From positions 800,001-864,000 of the forward strand of contig CAVRAG010000008.1 in assembly GCA_963718895.1 (NCBI GenBank): a DNA stretch of 64,000 bases. The letters are read 5' to 3'. The notes beneath the pieces are model-generated. The model worked only from the letters and a program-made list of their open reading frames with translations, was not told the origin of the DNA and made no database searches. A program made the position numbers and the translations under genes. This DNA comes from an uncultured Nitrososphaerota archaeon. GTDB taxonomy: Archaea > Thermoproteota > Nitrososphaeria > Nitrososphaerales > Gagatemarchaeaceae. Of the stretch, positions 30,693-41,700 are shown piece after piece. Each line of letters opens with the position of its first letter. Position 1 is the first letter of the stretch.

Positions 30693-31595
30693 ATGAGCGC
30701 CGTGGTCGCCTCGGCCGGTCACATGAGACGCAGGGTATTCGAGTTCATACTGATCCTCCTCGCCGCCCTGGCGGCGGCGCTCGTGGTGCGCTACCTGTCC
30801 GACCGCGGAGAGATCTCAGGAGGCTATGTCCCGCCGATCAACGCGGTCATAGTCCTCGTGGGGGGCTACCTGGCGATCAGGGCCGTCACCCGGGTGATCG
30901 GGCGTGTCGCCGAGCCGGCGTTCGGGATGACGCGCACGAGGGGGCTCGAGAACGTGTTCCAGGTGCTCGCCTGGATTGTCGTCTTCGTCTTCGTTTTCGC
31001 CGTGTTCGGCTTCAACCTCACGGCGGCCCTGATCGGGGCGGGCTTCCTCGGGATCGTCCTCGGCCTCGCGGCCCAGCAGGTCCTGGGCAACATATTCGCG
31101 GGCCTCTCGATGCTCGCCTCGAAGCCTTTCGAGATAGGCGACCGGGTAAAGCTGGCGACCTCATCCTACGGGCTGACCGGGTCGACCTACTCGCACGAGA
31201 GCGAGACCAGCGGCTTCACAGGGGTGGTTCAGGACGTCGGAATCTTCTTCACCCGTGTCCAGCTGGACAACGGGATCCCTGCGGTCTTCCCAAACTCGGT
31301 GGTCATCGGGGCCCTGATTCTGAACTACTCCCGGATCACCCTGCGAACGGTCAGGGTGAGGATGGACCTGGACAGGAAGACCGACTTCGACAGGTTCAGG
31401 GAAGGGCTCCTCGGATCCCTGAAGAAGCATGACGAGATTGACGGGCAGAGGTCGAGCGTGGAGATTGTGGGTCTCGGGGCCACCACCTACGAGGTCGTCA
31501 TCGAGGTCTGGACGAAGAGCGAGGTCGACGAGCCCATCAGGACGCTCGTGATACGGGAAGGCATGAAGCTTCAGGGAGACGTCTCAGGGGCCTAG
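30693..31595 (+). CDS. mscS: Small-conductance mechanosensitive channel
   Basis: GIVLGLAAQQVLGNIFAG...KPFEIGDRV...PNS. Confidence 0.9.
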   Translation: MSAVVASAGHMRRRVFEFILILLAALAAALVVRYLSDRGEISGGYVPPINAVIVLVGGYLAIRAVTRVIGRVAEPAFGMTRTRGLENVFQVLAWIVVFVFVFAVFGFNLTAALIGAGFLGIVLGLAAQQVLGNIFAGLSMLASKPFEIGDRVKLATSSYGLTGSTYSHESETSGFTGVVQDVGIFFTRVQLDNGIPAVFPNSVVIGALILNYSRITLRTVRVRMDLDRKTDFDRFREGLLGSLKKHDEIDGQRSSVEIVGLGATTYEVVIEVWTKSEVDEPIRTLVIREGMKLQGDVSGA

Positions 31596-31659
31596 GACTC
31601 GTTGCAGGACCGCACCCCGCGGCGGACATCCCTGGCGACCCCGCGCACGTCGAGGCAGT

Positions 31660-31944
31660 CTAACTTCCGCTTGCGCGCTCCTTCTCCCTGAGTTCTGTCC
31701 ATTCGTGGCCGCAGTTCTTGCACTTGAACTTGTACTCGTACGTAAGATCGTCCACTTCCGTCTCCCTGCCGAAAGACCCGGGCACGCGTCGGCTGAATGG
31801 AACGAGATTGTCCAGCCCCTCTTCTATTTTCTCCGGCACACTCTCCTTGATGTCCTCCGCCTTTTCATCATCGATCAGCTGCGCGCTCTCTTCGGTCACG
31901 ACGCTGAAGAGGTGATGACAGTTTGGGCACTCTATCTTCCACAT
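31660..31944 (-). CDS. Zinc-ribbon protein
   Basis: CPNCH...YKFKCKNCGHEW. Confidence 0.65.
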   Translation of the reverse strand: MWKIECPNCHHLFSVVTEESAQLIDDEKAEDIKESVPEKIEEGLDNLVPFSRRVPGSFGRETEVDDLTYEYKFKCKNCGHEWTELREKERASGS

Positions 31945-32023
31945 ATCGCGACTGGGACTCCGAGCAGGACGTGCGATTTATGGATTTGCCGTGGGCCCCG
32001 GTCGTCACCGGGGAGGAGGTCCC

Positions 32024-33426
32024 CTACCGTTGTGCCAGGTCGAAGAAACGAGCGTACGTCTCTATCCCCTTGAAGTATGACGGCAGGTGGAGCCCCTCGT
32101 TCGGCGCGTGGATGCGGGCGTCCGCGAGTGCGCACCCGAGAAGCACGCTATTGACACCCAGGCGGTTCTTGAGCATCGTGACCACCGGGACGCTTCCTCC
32201 CTCGAGCTCGAGGAACGGCTTGGCGCCGAATGACTCCTCCAGAGCCCTCGAAGCGGCCACGAGCTCTGCTGCGTCGCGCTGGACAATGGCGTAGGGCCCC
32301 GAGGCGAGCCTCTTGATCTCCCAAGTGACCGTGGAAGGGGCGTTCTTCTCGAAGTACTCGTGGAACGAGGCCTCGATCTGCGCCGAATCCTGGTATGGGA
32401 CCGTTCTCATGGACACCTTGGCCATGGCCGTGGCGGGCAGCACGGTCTTCGAGCCGGTCCCGGTGAACCCCGACAGCATCCCGTTGACCTCCAGCGTAGG
32501 CCGAGCGCCGGCCCTCTCGGTAGGCGAGAACCCCACCTCCCCGTAGAGCAGTGTCACGCCGGCCGCGTTCCGCCACTGCTCGTCGGAAGGCCCGTGGCGG
32601 ACCAGCTCCTCCCTCTCCTCCGGCGGGAGAGTCCGGACCTTGTCGTAGAAGCCCCTGAGAGTCACCCTGGCGTCCTCGTCGTGCAGCCCGGCCAGGAGCT
32701 GGGAGAGCACGACCGCCGGGTTCGCTACGACACCTCCGTACCTCCCAGAATGGAGGTCGGACTGAGCGCCGCGCACCCAGACCTCGAAGTACTCGAGGCC
32801 GCGGAGGCCGTAGACGATCGACGGCTTGTCCGCGCCCGCAATGGCCCCGTCGCAGTTGAGGCAGAAGGTGCAGGCCAGCTTCTCCCTGTTCTCCTCGATG
32901 AACGAATCTAGGTGGGCGGAGCCTATCTCCTCCTCTCCCTCGAAGAAGAACTTGACGTTGACGGGTAGGCCGCCGGTCGTCGCGATCCACGCCTCTAGGG
33001 ACTTCATGAGGCCGTGGCCCTGTCCCTTCATGTCCGAGGACCCGCGGCGTAGATCTCATCGCCCCTGACCGTGGGAGTGAACGGCGGCGAGACCCACTCG
33101 TCTAGCGGGTCGACCGGCTGGACGTCATAGTGCCCATAGATCAGGATGGTGGGTCGGCCAGCGGGCGCCTTGAGCCACTCGCCGTAGACGACCGGGTGAC
33201 CTCCGGTCGGCATGACCTCGGTCCTCTCCAAGCCCATACGGTCGAGCCGCGCCTTGATCCAGCCGGCGGTCCGCTCGACGTCACCCTTTCGCTCGGGGAG
33301 GGTCGAGATGCTGGGCATCGAGAGGTACTCCTTGAGTTCGGAGAGATACCTGTCGTGGTTCTCCCTCACGTAGCCGATGACCGCCGCGATGGGGCCATCG
33401 CCGTTGCCGCTGTTGTGGGTCTCCAA
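32024..33426 (-). CDS. M20 dipeptidase, frameshift near 33050
   Basis: YGHYDVQP, DMKGQ, EGEEEIGS, DLHSG, HAPNE split over two frames. Confidence 0.9.
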
Positions 33427-33650
33427 GCGCTCGCTTCCTTCGACCGCGCAGGCGAACCCGTTCAAAAGTCTTTGATTGAGGCCTCCTTTTTGCGCCCAGC
33501 TTCTGGAAGTGGAGCGCGTCGACTTGCAGGGGACGACTAGACTGATTTGCCCTCGAACTCGATCTTCACCGGAATGGGCTCCTTGAAGATGAACACGACC
33601 GGGCAGTTCGCCTCGGTCCTCCTCCGAGCGGCTTCCAGAGAAGGATCCAC

Positions 33651-34217
33651 CTAGGCGGGAACGAGCACGACGGGCACGCTCAGACCGGACATCGAGCTCA
33701 GCCTGAAGCCGCCCAATCCGAGCTTGGCCAGTAACGACTTTCTGGGGAGGGCAAGAACCACCATGAGGACCCGGGCGTCTCCCTGGCAGGCCCTTACAGC
33801 CTCGCCGAGGCTTCCCACGAAGGCGTAGCCCGTGCACTCCACGCCCTCCTCTTCGACCCTCCTCCGCAACCTCGCAATCGTACCGTCCCCGAGCGAGCTG
33901 AGGTACCTCGGGCCGTAGTCGCGTATCCCCTCCACCCTGGCGTACTCCGCGTATCCCTTGGGCACGACAGCTTCTCCGGTGACGTACATCAGGACCACCC
34001 TGGCGCCGTACGTCTTCGCCAGCTTGATCGAGTGCCCCAGGGCCGTCTCGGTCTCTGTCCGGCCGTCCACCGGGAGGACCAGGTCGCCTCCAGTGCCCCT
34101 TCCCCTCTGGGGGGAGAGACCCCTCCTGGCGTGGGGACGCATCTCGCCGGGTCGCTTATCGTCTCTGGCGCTCTCAAAGGGAGCTGGTTCGAACTCGATT
34201 TCCTGGACAGTTGACAT
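33651..34217 (-). CDS. Universal stress protein (divergent)
   Basis: LVLPVDG...ALGHSIKLAKTYGA...VPVVLV. Confidence 0.8.
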   Translation of the reverse strand: MSTVQEIEFEPAPFESARDDKRPGEMRPHARRGLSPQRGRGTGGDLVLPVDGRTETETALGHSIKLAKTYGARVVLMYVTGEAVVPKGYAEYARVEGIRDYGPRYLSSLGDGTIARLRRRVEEEGVECTGYAFVGSLGEAVRACQGDARVLMVVLALPRKSLLAKLGLGGFRLSSMSGLSVPVVLVPA

Positions 34218-34562
34218 CTTCTCTCGACTTCCGCGCGGGCCCTCGCCGAGAGCAACATAAACCAGTCACACGGGAAATAGTAATAACATATGGTGCAGGT
34301 CTCATTCGCAGATAGACGCAGAGCCAGGGCGAGTGGCACGCGGCGGAAGCCCCCGGCAGACGATAGCCGAACCGCTGTCCACATCGTCCAACTCCAGGGA
34401 AGAGGGATGAGTCGGGAGTACGGCATGGCTGGTTCCGCCCCCGGCCTGACCGAGGGCATGCCAGCGTCCCGGGATTTACCCCGGTCCCTCCTTTCTCGAT
34501 CCCCCGTTTGCTAATGCCCGGTAATAACGGATAAATGACGGCCGTCCCGTGCTAAAAGGTTT

Positions 34563-35813
34563 GTGGACTCGACGAGGACGATTCCGTGCCGGGGTATCTA
34601 CGTGCGGACGGCATACTCCTTCGCCATCCCCGAGGTCCTGATCGCGGAGGACGGCGTCCGCAGCGAGTTCCACCAGGACAGCTTGCTGAAGAGGCTGCAC
34701 CAGAGCCAGCCCATCTCGGTGCAGTTTCAGGACTTCCAGATAGCAAAGCCGATCTACGACTTCAGCAGGCCCCGCCAGCAATACAACGAGCAGTTCTGGG
34801 GCTCCTTCTGGCCCCACACGAACGACGTCTACCCGATCCACTTCCCGTTCCAGGCGAGGTACGCCAAGTCAATGACGTGGCCGGTCGACGAGTCCCCGTC
34901 GCCGCTGCTGTCTCCCGAACCCCGCGCTCCCCTCGTCAAGTGCAGGTACTTCCCCTACGGGGCCGCTTCGATACACCTGACGCAGTACCTCGACTTTACG
35001 AGGCAGCCCACGGCGAGGGAGATCGTCGACCTGATGTACTCGCCGGTCATCTCAGGCTCGACCCGGACGACGCTGCCCGCGTTCTTCCAGAGCATACGGC
35101 AGAGCATCACCGGCCAGGTCGTGCGGAAGACCGAGAACTTCTATCAGCCGGACTGCCGTCCCCAGACCCTGGTCCTTCACCTGATGCCCGACGGCCCGTA
35201 CGACCCCGTCGCGGCGTGGCCCGACATGGCGACCCTGCTGGCGATGGAGAGGTACGACAACCCCGACCACGTCGCGCGGTACACGCAGCAGAACAGCGCG
35301 AATCAGGGAAGGGCCGGGCAGTACATCGCGTTCAGCCCGTACACGTGCCTCCTGGTCGCCCCGAACCTCGACAAGGGATGGAGGAGGAGACGGCTAAGGA
35401 ACCACGTCGGCAGCGTGGCGGAGCTGGTTGCGATACAGGAGTCGTACCTGGAGCAGCTGTACGGGACCTACAGGCAGAGGATGAGGAACACGACGAACAA
35501 GATGGGGTACCCGGGCGAGGAGCTGAGCGCCTTCTTCCACAACTACGGCGACAAGCTCGGAAAGGGCCTGGCAGGCCTCACGTGCGTCCTCGACCTGCAG
35601 AGCTCGCTCCAGCAGCAGTCCAAGCGCCGCTGGTACACATGGTACCAGTCTATTGCCGCGAGGATGGGCGACGACCTGAAGCAGTTCGACGACCTTCTCG
35701 CCCAGCTCAACGTGCAGAACAAGGCGGTCGGTGACGACCTCAGGAAGATCGTCTCGGGGCTCATCGACAAGGTCTCAGGACTGATATCGTCCCTCCCCCT
35801 GCCGGGCAAGTAG
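34563..35813 (+). CDS. Hypothetical protein
   Basis: 416-aa ORF with strong GC3 bias; helical C-terminus. Confidence 0.75.
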   Translation: MDSTRTIPCRGIYVRTAYSFAIPEVLIAEDGVRSEFHQDSLLKRLHQSQPISVQFQDFQIAKPIYDFSRPRQQYNEQFWGSFWPHTNDVYPIHFPFQARYAKSMTWPVDESPSPLLSPEPRAPLVKCRYFPYGAASIHLTQYLDFTRQPTAREIVDLMYSPVISGSTRTTLPAFFQSIRQSITGQVVRKTENFYQPDCRPQTLVLHLMPDGPYDPVAAWPDMATLLAMERYDNPDHVARYTQQNSANQGRAGQYIAFSPYTCLLVAPNLDKGWRRRRLRNHVGSVAELVAIQESYLEQLYGTYRQRMRNTTNKMGYPGEELSAFFHNYGDKLGKGLAGLTCVLDLQSSLQQQSKRRWYTWYQSIAARMGDDLKQFDDLLAQLNVQNKAVGDDLRKIVSGLIDKVSGLISSLPLPGK

Positions 35814-35836
35814 CGCCTATTTCTTCCGGTCTTTGA

Positions 35837-36259
35837 TCATGCAGCGAGGGGATCTGCGAGTATCACCCCTCGGCCGCGATATTCCAGCTTCCCGATTCGC
35901 AGGAGTTCTCGGTCATGGGTCAGCACTCGCTCGATTCCACCCTTCAAGTAGCACCCAAGGATCAGGGAGTCCCTTCCGCCCACGTCGAACTCCGAAGCCA
36001 GTTCCATCGAGTAGAGCGAAATTGCCTTGGTGGGGTTAGGGAATGCGGTTCGGCTATCCCTTACCAGTGTACCTAACTTCAGTCTTGAGTCTGCTGATGA
36101 AAAGCCTCGCTTGAACACAAGAGTATGGTAAACCTCATGCACAACCGTCGCGTTTACGGCCCATCTCTGTATGGAGAGGATTGAATCCTTAGGTTTCCCG
36201 TGTTCCTCGGTCGTCGGATCCAGCGCGTACACGACGATGCTGGGGTCGAGCCCGTTCAA
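35837..36259 (-). CDS. vapC: PIN-domain VapC toxin
   Basis: LDPSIVVY, HEVYH, RDSLI, THDREL. Confidence 0.85.
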   Translation of the reverse strand: MNGLDPSIVVYALDPTTEEHGKPKDSILSIQRWAVNATVVHEVYHTLVFKRGFSSADSRLKLGTLVRDSRTAFPNPTKAISLYSMELASEFDVGGRDSLILGCYLKGGIERVLTHDRELLRIGKLEYRGRGVILADPLAA

Positions 36260-36495
36260 CTTGTCTTCCAGACCTCCTTGATTTCACGCTCGTTCACCGG
36301 CCTCTGTTTTCCTACCCTCCGGGGGTTTCATGACATCATCTCGCCCAGCGGGTCGCCGGTCTTCTCGATCTTCTTGACGAGAACGCTGTCCCCGTCTCCG
36401 GTGAAGGAGACCCTGCTCCCTTCTGTCAGCCCCAGCTGTTCAGCGACATCCCTGGGAAGCACGATCCTCCTCTTATCGTCTAGAACCGACGTCAT
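36256..36495 (-). CDS. AbrB/MazE antitoxin with in-frame TGA at 36328-36330
   Basis: LDDKRRIVLPRDVAEQLGL; frame continues past TGA to a stop overlapping the vapC TTG. Confidence 0.75.
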
Positions 36496-36598
36496 GTCCC
36501 ACCATAATTGGAGGGACAGATCCAGATAAGGACTGCGAATGCCCAAGTCCCAAATCTATATCAAGATCGTCGCGCCGCTTTCCTGCGGGTCGACGACC

Positions 36599-37453
36599 TC
36601 ACACCTGGCCGATCAGCGTGCCACCCACCGTCTCGATGAATCTCTCCACTGCCCTCTCATCCGCATCCTGTGGAGGGACGAGGTTCAACCGATGGACGCC
36701 GAGGTCCGAGAACCGCTGAGCGGTCGCCTTGTCCACGGACACCCTGGGGGCTACGCTGATCTCGAGCTCCCCCAGCTCGGCGGGACGCGAATGCCTGCTC
36801 GCAGCATCTCGCAAGCCCGCGACGGCGCGCCTGGTATCCTCGAGGTCCAGCCCGAAGCCGAACCATCCGTTCCCCTGCCGCACGGCTCGACGGTAGGCCT
36901 CCTCTGAGAGTCCGCCTATCACGATCGGAGGGTTCGGCTGCTGCGCGGGTCGAGGGTTGGCCTGCAGGCCGTCGAAAGAGACGAACTTTCCGTGGTAGAC
37001 CGGCTTGTCCTGGCTCCAGAGGGCCTTCATCGCTCTCAGGTAGTCGTCGGCCCGGCTCCCGCGGTCGTGATAGGGAATCCCCAGCACCTCGTACTCGTGC
37101 TCCGACCAGCCGACCCCGATGCCCACCGTCAGCCGACCGCCAGCGAGGACATCGAGACTGGCGAGCTGCTTCGCCACGATCACCGGATTGAACTGCGGAA
37201 GCAGGAGGATGCCGGTGCCGAGCCGGACGGTCCGGGTGTGGGCCGCGATGAAGGTGAGCGCCACTATCGGGTCGAGCATCCGCAGGCTCGGCGGCATGCG
37301 CGTCTGTTTCTCTGAGAGGAAGGGGTGGCCGCCCGCCCAGATGGAATCGAAGCCGGCCTTCTCAGCGGCCTGGGCGAGCCGGGCCATCCGTTCAGGGTAG
37401 CTGTTGTAGCCGGAGTTTACAGAAGTCAGCCCGAATTTCATGTGGGTGGTCAT
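36599..37453 (-). CDS. LLM-class F420-dependent oxidoreductase
   Basis: GFDSIW, LDPIVAL, GRLTVGIGVGW, NPRPAQQPNPPIVIGG. Confidence 0.9.
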   Translation of the reverse strand: MTTHMKFGLTSVNSGYNSYPERMARLAQAAEKAGFDSIWAGGHPFLSEKQTRMPPSLRMLDPIVALTFIAAHTRTVRLGTGILLLPQFNPVIVAKQLASLDVLAGGRLTVGIGVGWSEHEYEVLGIPYHDRGSRADDYLRAMKALWSQDKPVYHGKFVSFDGLQANPRPAQQPNPPIVIGGLSEEAYRRAVRQGNGWFGFGLDLEDTRRAVAGLRDAASRHSRPAELGELEISVAPRVSVDKATAQRFSDLGVHRLNLVPPQDADERAVERFIETVGGTLIGQV

Positions 37454-37621
37454 ATCGATCCTCTAGGAGAGGACGAGTGTCCGGCATAGTCGGTTATAAG
37501 CTCGGCTCGCTTTTGGCTGTAATCGACAAACATTCAGACCTTCAGCTTGGTTGCGATGACCGGCTGTGGCGTGACGGCGGCCGGTCAACCGTTAAATCCC
37601 TCCCGGGCTTGAAGATGGGCA

Positions 37622-39225
37622 TTGGAAGCCCCGGGTCGTAGCCTCAGCGCCGGCGCGCCGCCCATCCTTCATCTGGGCGGAGACGAGGAGGGGCCTTTCG
37701 ACGTGGACGCCAACGTGATCGCGACGGGGCGGACCTGCGTGATCGGGGCCTCGGGGTCGGGAAAGAGCTACGCGGTCGGGGTGATCTGCGAGGAGCTCTG
37801 CAAGAGCGGAGTGCCCTTCGCTCTCGTGGACACCGAGGGCGAGCACTCCGGGCTCAAGGAGAAGTACGACATGCTCCTGGTCGGCGACGGACAGGGGTGC
37901 GACCTCAGGTGGTCGAGCCTCGATCTCAGTGATCTGGGCCGTCAGGCGCCCGACCTCGCCCCGCTAATCCTGGACCTCTCCGAGACGGACGAGCCCAGGC
38001 AGAAGGTCTCGGACCTGCTCTCGAGCGTGTACGCGGAGGTCGAGAAGAGGAGGACGCCCTACCTGATCGTGGTCGAGGAGGCCGACAGGTTCGTCCCGCA
38101 GAACGGCGAGAGGGTCGCGATCTTCGGCGAGATAGCCAGGAGGGGGAGGAAGCGCGGCGTCGGGCTAATGGTCTGCACCCAGCGGCCCTCGCTCGTCGAC
38201 AAGAACATACTGAGCCAGTGCGGGAACCAGCTCATCGGGAAGCTCGTCATAAGGAACGACCTGCAGGCCGTGAGCCAGTTCTTTCACGGCCGTGACCTCC
38301 CCAAGGAGCTCACCGCGCTCTCGGCAGGAAGGTTCTACGCCATGGGAGGGCTCTCCCCGCGGCCGAGGCTCGTCACGATAAGGGAGAAGGAGACCCACTA
38401 CCGAGGGGGGACCCCGAGGATCGTCCCGCGGGTCGTGAGGGCGTTCAGACCTTCTGGCGTCGCGCCATGGCGGGACGGCTTTGGAATCCGCCCCCGCTGG
38501 GCCCGTCCGGGGGCCATCCCTCGTCGGGTTCAGCCCCACGTTCGGGCTCGAGGACATCCCCTCCATGGTCAGGCGCGACAAGGCGTTCATCTTCTTCGGC
38601 GGCAAGGAGACCGTCGCCAGCGCTCGGCTGGTCCTCCGGCCGATGGTCGAGCTCGGCGTCGCCGTCAGGACAGGGGTCCTCAGGAAGAGGGTCGGGCTGA
38701 GGTACCTCCTGCTCGACGGGCCGACGGGCAGGTTCGTCGAGCTCTGGGACGCTCCCGTCGGCCCGCGACGGGTTGCAGGGCCTAATCGGGCTGACCGCGG
38801 AGCAGGTCGAGGTCCTCCGGGAGACCAGCACCGACAGGGACAGGGGGGCCCTGGAGATAGCCAGCAAGGTCGGCGTCTCGGTCCAGACGCTCAGGCGCGA
38901 GATGAGGGTCCTGGAGGGGAGGAGGCTCGTCAGGTCGGTCCAGGCGGGCAGGTCACACCTCTACAGGCGCGTCTACGACTTCCCCGAGCTCGCATGGCAC
39001 GACTCGGAGCAGGCACTCGAGCCGGTCGACGCGCCCGGGACCGCGGAGGCGAGCGTCCTCGCCGAGGAGAAGCTCCGGGAGCTGATCAAGGGCCTCGTTC
39101 CGCACTCCGAGGTCCAGGCGTACAGGGAGTTCGTCTATCCGCTCTACCGCGTCGAGATGGTCCTCAAGAGGAAGAAGAGGATTGTCTGGCTCGACGGCCG
39201 CACGGGGAAGGAAGTCGGTCCCTAG
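37622..39225 (+). CDS. HerA-like ATPase with C-terminal winged helix, frameshifts near 38470 and 38760
   Basis: GASGSGKS, VVEEADRF, RGRKRG, TQRPS; then EIASKVGVSVQTLRREMRVLEGRRLV. Confidence 0.8.
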
Positions 39226-39250
39226 GGACGCACGAATTTGCGCGGAGCTT

Positions 39251-40606
39251 CTATCCTGTCGTGCTAGGCTCTTCGGCCATCCTAGCCTTTGATATCACGG
39301 GTCTGAACTTGGCCCTGAAATCTGTCCTCCCGCTATCTGAGACCTCTATCTCCGCATCCTCGCCCAGAACCCTGCGGCACCTGGCAACGAGCTCTTCTTT
39401 GGCCACGTCAGGCTCACCCTTTCTCTTCATCAGCTGTATCCTGAACTGGCCCATGGTCTCCTGCACCGCCTGGTATCTTGACACCCCGGGAGATCCTTGT
39501 ACTGCAGTCATGATGGTCCTCGGGGTGACCAGCCGACCGCCAGGGAGGGCAAAGCAGTCAGACATCCTTCCCTCGATGGACTTCAACAGGGGTAGGCCTC
39601 GCCCGCAAGAGCAGTACTTGTCGTCGAGGACACCGATGTCCCCTACCCTGTATCTTATCAGGGGCATGGCGTAGTTCAGGAGATTTGTGACGACGATCTC
39701 TCCCCTCTCGCCAGCCGAGATCCGTTCGCCTCCCCTCACCACCTCCATGATGAGCATATCCGCATCGATATGGTAGCCCTCCCTTTTCGTGCACTCCCAA
39801 GCCCCATTCCCAAAATCCCAGGAGGAGTACTCGTCGAAGACCCTGCACTTGAACGACGACTCGAGGTATCGCCTCGTCTCGCCGTCGGTGAGCTCCCCTT
39901 CGGTCCTCACGACCTTGTCGGCGAGGCTTTCGATTCCCCTGTCAGCCATCGCCTCCGCAAGCAGCCTGAGATAGGATGGAGAACCGCGGACGAGCTTCGG
40001 ATCGAACTTCAGCATGTGGGTCAACACCTGGTTCGCATCATCGAACAGAGGGATGCTCCTCCTTCTATCGTGCAGCAGACGGACTATCGGCCCCAGACTC
40101 TCTCTCCCGCGGGATAATCTCCTCCCTTCCGCCGGCTCCCTGGTTCGGTCTTGATCTCTCTTGGGGGGCGCGCCGAATTCTATCACCAGGACCTTCCGCC
40201 AGGGTTCGACCCCGATCGCCCACTGCTTCCTGAATATCCAGGCGGCCTGACAGTAGTCCCAGAACCTCTTGTCGTAGAACACGGGCATCGGGCCGCCGCT
40301 TGTCCCGGAGGTCGAGGCCCGGATGCAGTTCCGGAGATCGAATCCCCTGGCTATGCTCCGGTGGGGTATGCCGTCCCGGACCTCCTGCTTCGTCGTGAAG
40401 GGAAGCTTCTGGAGGTCCTCCAGCGACCTGATGTCTTCCGGCTTGATCCCTTGGGCGTCGAACTTTTCCTTGTAGAGAGGCACGGCATTGTACGCGTGGC
40501 TGATTATCTCCCTCAGCCTCTTCTCTTGAAGCCGTCTGAGCTCGCCGGGCCGGAGCCACTGGTTTCTTGACAGCTCGTAGCAGTACCAGACGACCCGGCG
40601 GAGCAT
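39251..40606 (-). CDS. Phenylacetate-CoA ligase/CapK family protein
   Basis: LPFTTK, TSGTSG, GEIVVTNL, MPLIRYRVGD. Confidence 0.9.
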   Translation of the reverse strand: MLRRVVWYCYELSRNQWLRPGELRRLQEKRLREIISHAYNAVPLYKEKFDAQGIKPEDIRSLEDLQKLPFTTKQEVRDGIPHRSIARGFDLRNCIRASTSGTSGGPMPVFYDKRFWDYCQAAWIFRKQWAIGVEPWRKVLVIEFGAPPKRDQDRTREPAEGRRLSRGRESLGPIVRLLHDRRRSIPLFDDANQVLTHMLKFDPKLVRGSPSYLRLLAEAMADRGIESLADKVVRTEGELTDGETRRYLESSFKCRVFDEYSSWDFGNGAWECTKREGYHIDADMLIMEVVRGGERISAGERGEIVVTNLLNYAMPLIRYRVGDIGVLDDKYCSCGRGLPLLKSIEGRMSDCFALPGGRLVTPRTIMTAVQGSPGVSRYQAVQETMGQFRIQLMKRKGEPDVAKEELVARCRRVLGEDAEIEVSDSGRTDFRAKFRPVISKARMAEEPSTTG

Positions 40607-40740
40607 CCGGCGCGGCGATTTCAGCCGCGGATATAACGACTCGCCAGAGCCGGCCTTTGGGAGGTGCGCACGTACCACCGTTGGACCCTTGGCGCTCGGT
40701 CAGGTCGAATGGAGGACCTCGAAGATCAGCGTGGCCGATT

Positions 40741-40880
40741 TCAGTCAGTGCCATCAGCCAGCTCGACAGCAGCAGTATCAGTGGGCACGATTCCGAGCTT
40801 GTTGGCCGTAGATTCATCTATCTTCGTGAGAGTCGAACCCGTGTCAGCCAACATCCCCACCTCGGCGCCACCCAAGGTCC
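40741..40880 (-). pseudogene. Clan AA aspartic protease remnant
   Basis: Manual translation MLADTGSTLTKIDESTANKLGI...VELADG. Confidence 0.6.
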
Positions 40881-40946
40881 AACGAAGATGTCGATGACGG
40901 GAGCCTTATTAGGAATTCATCTAGAGAAGCTACTAGAGACGATAGA

Positions 40947-41435
40947 ATGTCAGGCGACAAACTCCCGCTCGCCATATCAATCTTCAACGAGGTTCAAGAT
41001 CAATCCAGTGCCGTCTACCACCTTCTTATGGAACTTGAATCCAATGTGAAAGGGAGGAGCCTCACCGTCGAAGAGGCCACGCGGGCCCTTGACTGTGTTG
41101 CGGGATTTCAAAAGCTCTTGGAATCGAAAGAACTTGATCTTGCGGCCTACAAGGGAGCCGAGCATTTCGAGGCAGCTTCAGCGACGCTTCATACTATGCT
41201 AGAGATAGCGCGAACAGAGAGCGTCTACGTCGGAGGTAGGGTAGGAAGAGGACTCACTCCTGAAGCGAGGCTATTGCTTGAAGCATGCAAGAACGCCAAT
41301 CGCGACGACCAGTCTTTCCACATGGACACGCTCGTAACCATTTCTTGGGAAGTGAAAAGTCACTTTGTCGACTTGGCCATGAATCTGATACCGCTCGCTG
41401 GAGAAGGCAACAGGTTAGGTCTGGCCAGGTCGTGA
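40947..41435 (+). CDS. Hypothetical helical protein
   Basis: 162-aa ORF, lower GC than flanks. Confidence 0.55.
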   Translation: MSGDKLPLAISIFNEVQDQSSAVYHLLMELESNVKGRSLTVEEATRALDCVAGFQKLLESKELDLAAYKGAEHFEAASATLHTMLEIARTESVYVGGRVGRGLTPEARLLLEACKNANRDDQSFHMDTLVTISWEVKSHFVDLAMNLIPLAGEGNRLGLARS

Positions 41436-41700
41436 CCCAGCGCCCAAGGTCGGTTTTCGACTGATCGTGGGTTCTGCTTCTTCAGACAGTCCTTCAAGTG
41501 ACGGGAAGGCGCGGCTCCGAGACATGGGCGACCAGCTGGGCCATCGGCCGCTGGGAGCCCTCCCTCTTGAAGCGGTAGCCGAAACCTGGGATGCGTGCCA
41601 TGCCCGCGCCGTACGCTAGGGACGAGTGCTTGAGTGTGAACGACGTCCCCGGCTCGATTGCACGCGCTGGTCCAGACGTCGCAGCTGGCGCTGCGGTCGA

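Noticed and set aside
34586-35734. 382-aa alternative-frame ORF and similar Arg/Pro/Gly-rich ORFs (32148, 17657, 27647)
   Set aside because: High-GC off-frame artefacts overlapping better genes
36328-36330. Selenocysteine or TGA recoding
   Set aside because: Context is not a redox site and TGA is a normal stop in many genes here
37622-39225. HerA gene as the parent of the four ATPase tails
   Set aside because: Its sequence lacks the VSTPxQVxxTKVKV ending
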